Positions 57,692-64,000 of a stretch of DNA of 64,000 bases are shown piece by piece. The position numbers and the translations under genes are program-made. The notes beneath the pieces were generated by a model. The model ran no database searches. It had not been told where the DNA came from and worked only from the letters and a program-made list of their open reading frames with translations. The stretch covers positions 1-64,000 of the IMG/VR virus record IMGVR_UViG_3300019880_000001. One strand, written 5' to 3'. Each line of letters begins with the position of its first letter. Position 1 is the stretch's first letter. This stretch comes from a virus.

Positions 57692-59182
57692 ATGGCCGAT
57701 CAGCTCGTGCTCGCGTGGACCGTCGACGTCACTAACACCACTCTCGGCCCCGCGGCGGCTGCGACAGCGCTCGGAGCGGTGCCTCTCTACCTGAACGCGA
57801 CCACCGACCCGGTGCTCGGGCAAATGTTCGGCCTCACCGTCGCCAGCGACGTCGTCAGTACGCCCGGAGGGGCCATCGCGAAGCGCACGCTGACGCTAAA
57901 CATGACGCACGCACACACGCCGACTGCACCGCCCCCATTCCCGTGCAGCCCACGCACCACGACGCCGCCCGTACTCCCGTACCCGCTGCGCTCGACGAAG
58001 ACGCTCCCCGGTTCGTTCTTCGTCACGCAGGGATCGACGGCCGTTCCGACGACGATGACGCAGCTTCCTTCGCTCTCCACCGGCGACAGCATCCAGTTTC
58101 TCTCTCAGCCAGGCGTCTTCTACACGGTCGCAGGCGGATCGACGGCGACTGCGATCAACATCACGGCGCCGTACACCGGCACGACAGGCAACACCGGCGC
58201 CTTCAAAGAAATCTCAGACCCCGTTTCGATCGCGGCGATCTATTCGACCTCGGATCTCGACACCGCCGGCGTCGCGACCGTCCCTGCAATCCCAGCGGGC
58301 TCTGGAGCCCGAACGGTAGCCATCACGTACACGGACTCGACCGGAGCCACAGGCCGAGCCGCGACTGCTTCGCTCACCGGCAGACGCCCGGCCGCTATCG
58401 CGTTCACGAACGGGAACGGCATCATCAGCGCGATCGAAAACATCGCCATCGCAACCACCGGCGCGTTCCACAACAACATCGGCGAGATCACGATCGTCGA
58501 ACTCTCGAGCGCGCTCCCCGCAATCCCCGCGAACGCAACGCCCGGCACCGGTGTCGGCGCGGGGCAAGGGGATCGCACGTTCTTCGTGCTCACCGACGAG
58601 GCGCAGATGCTCATCACGCGCTCGCTCGCGTACTTGCCTCCGAGCTACTTTGCGCTCGCACAGCAAGGGGCGAGCAACCCGCAACGTCGGGGCGACTTCA
58701 TCGTCACGACGGGCTCGAAGAACGTACCCACGACGATCGATCAGACGGACGCGCTAGGTGTCAGCGCCGTCATTCGATTCGCCTCTCAGCCGGACAAGGA
58801 CTACACGGTCGCGCAAGTAACCGCGAAGATCGTGACGCTCACCGAAGAGTACACGGGCATCGACGACAACTTCACGGGCCCCAAGAACGTCGGAACGAAC
58901 AGCAACAACGGGACGATGGGCAACATTGGGACCGAGGTCATCAACAAGAAGACCGGCGCGATCCTTATCACCCCGTCAGCGGCGGCAGAACCGACGCACG
59001 ATCAACTCGCGGGGCTGATGGCACAGTTCGTCCAAACCGCGACCGCCGCGCCCCCGTTGAACCCGCCGCTCACCCCCTCGACGATCCCAGCGCCCACATT
59101 CTTGAGCGGGCTCTTCACGCGCCAGCTCCAGCTCGCGATTGCCGGAGTGCCGGTCGTACCCCAAACGATCACGTTCCTCTAA
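57692..59182 (+). CDS. Thr-rich beta-structured virion/adhesin-like protein with internal duplication
   Basis: F.VT.GS..VPTT..Q...L.....I.F.SQP...YTVA......I....YTG occurs twice. Confidence 0.7.
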   Translation: MADQLVLAWTVDVTNTTLGPAAAATALGAVPLYLNATTDPVLGQMFGLTVASDVVSTPGGAIAKRTLTLNMTHAHTPTAPPPFPCSPRTTTPPVLPYPLRSTKTLPGSFFVTQGSTAVPTTMTQLPSLSTGDSIQFLSQPGVFYTVAGGSTATAINITAPYTGTTGNTGAFKEISDPVSIAAIYSTSDLDTAGVATVPAIPAGSGARTVAITYTDSTGATGRAATASLTGRRPAAIAFTNGNGIISAIENIAIATTGAFHNNIGEITIVELSSALPAIPANATPGTGVGAGQGDRTFFVLTDEAQMLITRSLAYLPPSYFALAQQGASNPQRRGDFIVTTGSKNVPTTIDQTDALGVSAVIRFASQPDKDYTVAQVTAKIVTLTEEYTGIDDNFTGPKNVGTNSNNGTMGNIGTEVINKKTGAILITPSAAAEPTHDQLAGLMAQFVQTATAAPPLNPPLTPSTIPAPTFLSGLFTRQLQLAIAGVPVVPQTITFL

Positions 59183-59459
59183 ACGACTTCGAGCGCCCCG
59201 CCGACTCGTCGGATCTGCACACGAAAGATCCGCTCTCCCCCGAGGACGGCCCAAGAAACATGGGGCTGCGCGTCCTTCTCTCCTTGCCGCCAAAGCTCGA
59301 CGAGCCGTTTGGCGACCGCATGTTCCTGATCGACCGGTTCAGGAAGATCGCTCGAAGGGACGGGTTTACCGCTCGCGAGCGCATGCACCCGCGTCAGAAG
59401 CTTCGATGCGATGCGAAGAGGGTGGCCTTCTTTGATTGAAATCACGGTTGTCGCCTCCA

Positions 59460-59645
59460 CTACGCTTTTAGCACACGCCGTCGGAGAGAAGCTCGGACTT
59501 GTGCGACGGCCTTTTCCATGCGGCGCATATCGACGTCGTCGTCGCACTCGTCCTCGAGCACCCCTAGGTCTACGTTGTGCTCGAGTTCGGCAAGAAGGCG
59601 CTCCCAGATCGCACGGCGCGCATCGACGACTTTGCAGAACTTCAT
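59460..59645 (-). CDS. hypothetical protein
   Basis: ORF beginning MKFCKVVDARR in the minus-strand operon. Confidence 0.45.
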   Translation of the reverse strand: MKFCKVVDARRAIWERLLAELEHNVDLGVLEDECDDDVDMRRMEKAVAQVRASLRRRVLKA

Positions 59646-59850
59646 AGCTCGCGCTTCGCGGTCCAGTAGATCTCGAGCTCCGCTCGGCACTTGTCACACC
59701 GCGGACCACCGGTGGATCTGTTAGAGCACTTTTTGCCGTGGGGGCACACGTGCTCTTCCAACTTACCGTCGTGAGTGCGCACGTCGCGTGTGAGGCAACG
59801 CATGCACTGACGACGAGAGTCAGTTTTCGACGACTTTTTACGCGACACGG

Positions 59851-60393
59851 TCACCGAATGCCTCGAAGAAGCGAAGCCAGTTCTTCGCGTGCGCGCTTGC
59901 GTGTTTCTCCTTCCGCTCTCGGCGGCTCGCGTTCGATGATGCACGCTAGGTTCGGAGCGCAAACGGAAAGCATCGTGAGCTCTTCTTCGGTGAGCTCAGG
60001 CGGTCTGATCGGCGCCGTGAAAAACGGATCGTTCGGCGGCAGCGTGCGCTCCTCGTAAGGAATCCCCTCATTCGAGTACCGCGTCTCCGCGAACGCCATA
60101 CCGTCAGAGATCCCAAGGTCCACGTAGAAAACGTGGTGCACCATCGTAGAAATGCCGTGAATGCGAGCACCATTTCTAAAGACCGGCTGCGTCACGTTCC
60201 GCCACGCAAGCCCCGCCTCGATACCAAGTGTGCGTTCGATAGGATCATTGTCGTCGAGCGCGTCGGTGAGCATTCGATGCGAAGCATATGGGCTCTCGCC
60301 CCGGTTGATGCAATCTCGGATGCAGCTCCGGAGGTAGCGCTTGTTGCGCTCGACGTCGCCCTTGAACGGACTCTCGATAATGACGAGCTTCAT
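59851..60393 (-). CDS. conserved phage protein (nucleoside deoxyribosyltransferase-like fold family)
   Basis: VIIESPFKGDVERNKRY...RGESPYASH..LDD..ER..GI.AG.AW...YVDLGISDGM. Confidence 0.7.
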   Translation of the reverse strand: MKLVIIESPFKGDVERNKRYLRSCIRDCINRGESPYASHRMLTDALDDNDPIERTLGIEAGLAWRNVTQPVFRNGARIHGISTMVHHVFYVDLGISDGMAFAETRYSNEGIPYEERTLPPNDPFFTAPIRPPELTEEELTMLSVCAPNLACIIEREPPRAEGETRKRAREELASLLRGIR

Positions 60394-60395
60394 GT

Positions 60396-61301
60396 TCACG
60401 CCCCCCTGTAGATGTCTTCGCCTGGAATCAGTTTTCGGTATTGAACCCACCCCTCAACGTTCCCGAGGAAGTGACGGTATCTCCCCGTCGACACGAACTC
60501 CGATTTGTCCCACACGAACTCCGGATGCCCGAAGAGCGCGAGCTCCCGCTGACTCATCGGACGGAGCGCGTGCTCTAGCGGCGACATGTGCCCGTTCGCG
60601 ACGAGGCCATCGCAACGGGTCGCGGCTTTCTCCAAATCTGACTTCGACGATTGCCGTTCGTAGCTGACGGCGGCGCAACGACCGACCGAGACCTTCACGG
60701 GATCGATACCGTTTACGCGCATGTTATGCTCGGCCGCAAACGGCGGCTCGTCACCGACGCCGCGCACGTACGGCAAGTGCCAATCCCCGTAAGAGACAAC
60801 CAGCGGAGCGCTAGCAAGGCGCACCTCGCGCGCCATGCCGGCGATCTTGTACATCTCGGGCTGGGCCATCTTGCTAACGCGAAGCGCATCCCAATTGTCC
60901 CACTCGGTCGCCGTGACGACCGCCGTGTGCCACGTGAATGGCTCCAGAATGCGGTTCGCGTGCTGCTTGTGAACTTCTAGCTTCGAGCAGAGCTCGGCGG
61001 TCATTGCCGACTGTTCCGCTATGTCCAACCACAGTTGGCGCGCCTCATCTTGCTCTAAAAGCTCTTCGGAGTGCTGCATACCGCTTTGGTTTTTGCCGAA
61101 TGACTCGGGTACGAACGGGGTTTCCCGAACTTGCGCGATCCTCTTCGAGACGGGTATGGCCCGACTCGAAGCGCTGTTCCTCGAGAGCACGCGGTGCGTG
61201 TTGGCTTCCGCGAGAATGAACCGCGGGAACGTCCACTCCATGGACGTGACACGGTACCCGTCTGGGGAAATAGAATCTGCAAGAATTTTCGCGTCGTACA
61301 T
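60396..61301 (-). CDS. thyX: FAD-dependent thymidylate synthase (phage type)
   Basis: PRFILAEANTHRVLSRNSASSRAIP, HKQHANRILEPF, AQPE, HMSPLEH. Confidence 0.85.
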   Translation of the reverse strand: MYDAKILADSISPDGYRVTSMEWTFPRFILAEANTHRVLSRNSASSRAIPVSKRIAQVRETPFVPESFGKNQSGMQHSEELLEQDEARQLWLDIAEQSAMTAELCSKLEVHKQHANRILEPFTWHTAVVTATEWDNWDALRVSKMAQPEMYKIAGMAREVRLASAPLVVSYGDWHLPYVRGVGDEPPFAAEHNMRVNGIDPVKVSVGRCAAVSYERQSSKSDLEKAATRCDGLVANGHMSPLEHALRPMSQRELALFGHPEFVWDKSEFVSTGRYRHFLGNVEGWVQYRKLIPGEDIYRGA

Positions 61302-61309
61302 TCTGTCTC

Positions 61310-61603
61310 CTATCGATTGAATTCGCAGTCACAGAAACACCAGCCACTACAATCTACGTGAGCGCCTCGACCGCACGCGCCGCAAAGACGGCGTTTGCTC
61401 GCCGACGTCGAGAACGCTCCCTCGAGCCCCACGCAACGACTGTGACAACCGAACTGGATCACGCCGTTGATCAGCAGCGAGTTGTGGTACCTGTACGGCG
61501 CGCCGGGCAGACAAGTTCCGCCTCTAGAGGGCCAAAAGTGATCGTACTTCGAGCAGCGCCACACGACGCTGTCGCACGAAGTGAAAACCACTCTGATCTT
61601 CAT
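61310..61603 (-). CDS. Cys-rich hypothetical protein
   Basis: Several C-x-x-C/H pairs; coupled ORF. Confidence 0.45.
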   Translation of the reverse strand: MKIRVVFTSCDSVVWRCSKYDHFWPSRGGTCLPGAPYRYHNSLLINGVIQFGCHSRCVGLEGAFSTSASKRRLCGACGRGAHVDCSGWCFCDCEFNR

Positions 61604-62154
61604 TTGCTATCGCGCCCCATCGTCATGCGCGCCTCTTCGACGCGACGATCGAGCTCTTCTTCGCGCAGTTGAGCTTCGGTTTTCTCTTCGGGGCGCCGTT
61701 CGGGGTACGTGAAGATCGCGCCACGATTGTCGTCTTCGAACCGCCTACGCTGCTCTTCGTCCCACACTCGGCGAGCAGCCACCGCAGCGGCATTGGATCT
61801 GTCAAGCGCCGATCGTCGTTCGTATTCCTTGTGCACGACGTACCACTCTTCGTTACCCAAAGGCGTACCTTCCGGATAATACAGCCACCCAACCGAAGCC
61901 TGACAATACGCGGGGCTCCCGTAATCCACACACCTACGATATCGTCTCCCCCCAAAAACAATCTCATCCCACCCGTCGAGGTGGAGTACCGACATCACGG
62001 CCGGGTCGACCTCCTTTTCTTCTTCCGGCGGCCCCTCAACTTCTAACCGATCGCCTACGGCCCCCTCCGCTGCGAACTTGAGCGCCCAGCGCGTCACCAA
62101 CGTCCCACAGACGATCAAGACGACCAGAACAGCAGCAACGATCGCGGCGGTCAT
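61600..62154 (-). CDS. membrane-anchored hypothetical protein
   Basis: N-terminal TM MTAAIVAAVLVVLIV. Confidence 0.55.
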   Translation of the reverse strand: MTAAIVAAVLVVLIVCGTLVTRWALKFAAEGAVGDRLEVEGPPEEEKEVDPAVMSVLHLDGWDEIVFGGRRYRRCVDYGSPAYCQASVGWLYYPEGTPLGNEEWYVVHKEYERRSALDRSNAAAVAARRVWDEEQRRRFEDDNRGAIFTYPERRPEEKTEAQLREEELDRRVEEARMTMGRDSK

Positions 62155-62573
62155 CGAACCCTCACGAGCCACGCGCCACAGTCGAGAGTGAGGTTTTCCA
62201 TATCGGCAGTCCCGTCGTCTCCGAGGAACGCGACGGTGCCGTCGGGCTCGAAGCTTGCGAACATTCTACGGTTGCGATTCTTCCCCGCTTCGCCTTTCTC
62301 GGTTTCCCAAAGCGCCTTGAACTTGGAGCAAGAGACACCTCGAGACTCGGCCCACTCGCGCGCGAGGAGATCGGCGCCGGGGGCTTCGCCTTCGGCGATC
62401 TCGCTCGGCCGAAGGAGATCGAGAGCCTCGAAGAGACGGGCTCGTTCGGCGGCCACTCGCAACCCGTCCTTTTCCTGGTTGGCCCCCTCGTTCGGGCGCC
62501 CGTACCATCGCCCACCGCAAACGATGATGCGTTTGCCCTTCGGCGCCTGCTCGAGTTTCAATAAACCTTTCAT
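62151..62573 (-). CDS. YspA/DUF2493-like SLOG protein
   Basis: RIIVCGGR, EGEAPGADLLAREWA, AG.NRN..M, PD..VAF.G..GT..M. Confidence 0.8.
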   Translation of the reverse strand: MKGLLKLEQAPKGKRIIVCGGRWYGRPNEGANQEKDGLRVAAERARLFEALDLLRPSEIAEGEAPGADLLAREWAESRGVSCSKFKALWETEKGEAGKNRNRRMFASFEPDGTVAFLGDDGTADMENLTLDCGAWLVRVR

Positions 62574-64000
62574 CCGAAATCGCTCCAGCGTTGGCCGATC
62601 TTGAGATCGATTGGCATGACGAACTTTCTCGCGCCGTCTTCGACACGCAACGAAGAACCGTACCCGTTCGCCGGAATGATCACCGGCTCCTCCCACGTCG
62701 TCTTGACGAGCGCGCTGACGTGTTCGACGTGACGCTCAGGTACCTCCAGGATCGCAGCGTCGTGAATCTGCGCAACAACGCAGGCGCCCCGGGGCAGTTG
62801 ACTGGAAATGGACGGGAGGCGTACGTTCATCAACGAGGCGATACCGCCCTGGATCGGTCGGTTCGCTACGTCGCTGATCCCGGCGTGCCACCCGAGCCAC
62901 GAGATGCGCCCCGACAGTGCGCACCGCATGTGCCCGACCTTGTCGACGATGCGCTTGTTCATCTCCACGTGCCTGAAGTAGACCGAGAACGTCTGCCTGA
63001 GCATGTCATGCACGTACACGACGTCGCGCATCTCGACGGGAAGGCCCTTGCTGCGAACGAACCCGAAGATGGTCGCGGGCTCGGCCCAGTAGATGGCTCC
63101 GAAGATGCTGTTCTTCTCGACGTCCCGGAACGGCTTTCCGGCACCTTTGGGATCTTGTCGGATTAGCTCCGCCTCGCTGGGGAAGAGCTTCATCGCCGTT
63201 GTCGTGTGCACGTCACCGGACTCGCACGCCTCGATGAAGTTCGGGTCGCCGGAGAGGTAAGCCGCGAATCGGAGCTCTGCCTGAGAGAGATCGAAGTACA
63301 CGAGCTTGCAGCCTGGCTTCGCGACGTAGAACTCGCGAACGCGCGTCTCGAGCACGATCGACTTGTCTTTCAAGTACTCAGCTCTAGGCGCCGATTGCAA
63401 ACGACAGGAGTAACGGCCGCTGCCTGCCCCGTAGCTTCGCCAGTTGACGTGCGTTCTCGCGACGGTCGGGTGCTTCTTCGAGGGCTTGTCGATGGTCTGC
63501 GTTTTCACGTAGACGTAAGTGCCGTCGATCTTCGCAGCGCCGCGCCATTGCAACAGCAGGTCGGCGAAACGCCCCGCGCGCGTCGGGCTGCTCTTGAGCC
63601 GTTCGAGCGTGGTCTGACTCGTGGAGGGCAACCCCGACGAAGTCGGATCGGAAGCCGACATCGGCGCCCGGAGCGTCGTGAAGAGCGCTTTTCGGACCGC
63701 TGCGAGCTGCATCGGGTGAAAGTTCGGGCGCTTGAGTAGCGCGCGCATCTTCTCGAGAAGCACGACCTGCTTCTTCAAGATCTCTTCGTGCAACCAGGTA
63801 CGCCGCTCGAGGTCGACGCCGATACCGTCGATGATCATGCCTCGGCAAAGACGCGCGTTCTCCTTGTCGACCGTGTAGACCGCAAGCTCGTCTGCGAGAT
63901 CGCCCTTCATCCCCTTGCGTGTGCGCGCTTGAATTCGCGCGTCGGCAGCGTTGTACTTGCAAAGATCTTCGCCGCTCAACTTCTCGGGCGGGAGCCCCTT
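62570..64000 (-). CDS. polA: family A DNA polymerase (5' part outside the window)
   Basis: ExoIII-like YNAADA; SGRYS; motif A DLSQAELR; motif B R..EK..IFG.IY; NRPIQG; motif C QIHDA. Confidence 0.93.
   Translation of the reverse strand, partial: KGLPPEKLSGEDLCKYNAADARIQARTRKGMKGDLADELAVYTVDKENARLCRGMIIDGIGVDLERRTWLHEEILKKQVVLLEKMRALLKRPNFHPMQLAAVRKALFTTLRAPMSASDPTSSGLPSTSQTTLERLKSSPTRAGRFADLLLQWRGAAKIDGTYVYVKTQTIDKPSKKHPTVARTHVNWRSYGAGSGRYSCRLQSAPRAEYLKDKSIVLETRVREFYVAKPGCKLVYFDLSQAELRFAAYLSGDPNFIEACESGDVHTTTAMKLFPSEAELIRQDPKGAGKPFRDVEKNSIFGAIYWAEPATIFGFVRSKGLPVEMRDVVYVHDMLRQTFSVYFRHVEMNKRIVDKVGHMRCALSGRISWLGWHAGISDVANRPIQGGIASLMNVRLPSISSQLPRGACVVAQIHDAAILEVPERHVEHVSALVKTTWEEPVIIPANGYGSSLRVEDGARKFVMPIDLKIGQRWSDFG

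Overview
This GC-rich, gene-dense 64 kb window is viral throughout, and no host housekeeping genes are recognisable. It reads as part of a large (>64 kb) bacteriophage or phage-plasmid. A Polyangiaceae-style lipoprotein suggests a Myxococcota host, which is an inference. Layout: (i) 0.3-2.9 kb, a sigma-70-family factor and small genes. (ii) 2.9-8.9 kb, a minus-strand operon of acidic or anti-restriction-like domains carrying Arg/Lys-rich tails (Ocr-like, ParB-like, DUF2935). (iii) 9-19 kb, early/replication genes (RecD/Dda-like and SNF2 helicases, Dam-family MTase) plus secreted morons. (iv) ~19.4-52.6 kb, a long virion-type module in which I recognise no terminase, portal, HK97 capsid, tape-measure or tail gene. 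It instead holds a GroES-like protein, a JAB/RadC protein, a transglutaminase-like cysteine enzyme, a protamine-like core protein, two or three beta-rich capsid candidates (jelly-roll-like by inference), many membrane-anchored proteins, peptidoglycan-binding and hydrolase proteins, a glycosylation cassette, and five or six otherwise unrelated spike-like proteins sharing an N-terminal '[12 protein letters not shown]' tag. (v) 52.7-64 kb, a HerA/FtsK-like ATPase, a Cre-like tyrosine recombinase with an adjacent 34-bp lox/dif-like inverted repeat, ThyX and a family A DNA polymerase. Best overall hypothesis: a large tailless, membrane-containing virus that can persist as a circular episome and has a modular, tag-docked spike system. 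All family calls come from motif recognition by eye, and no searches were run.
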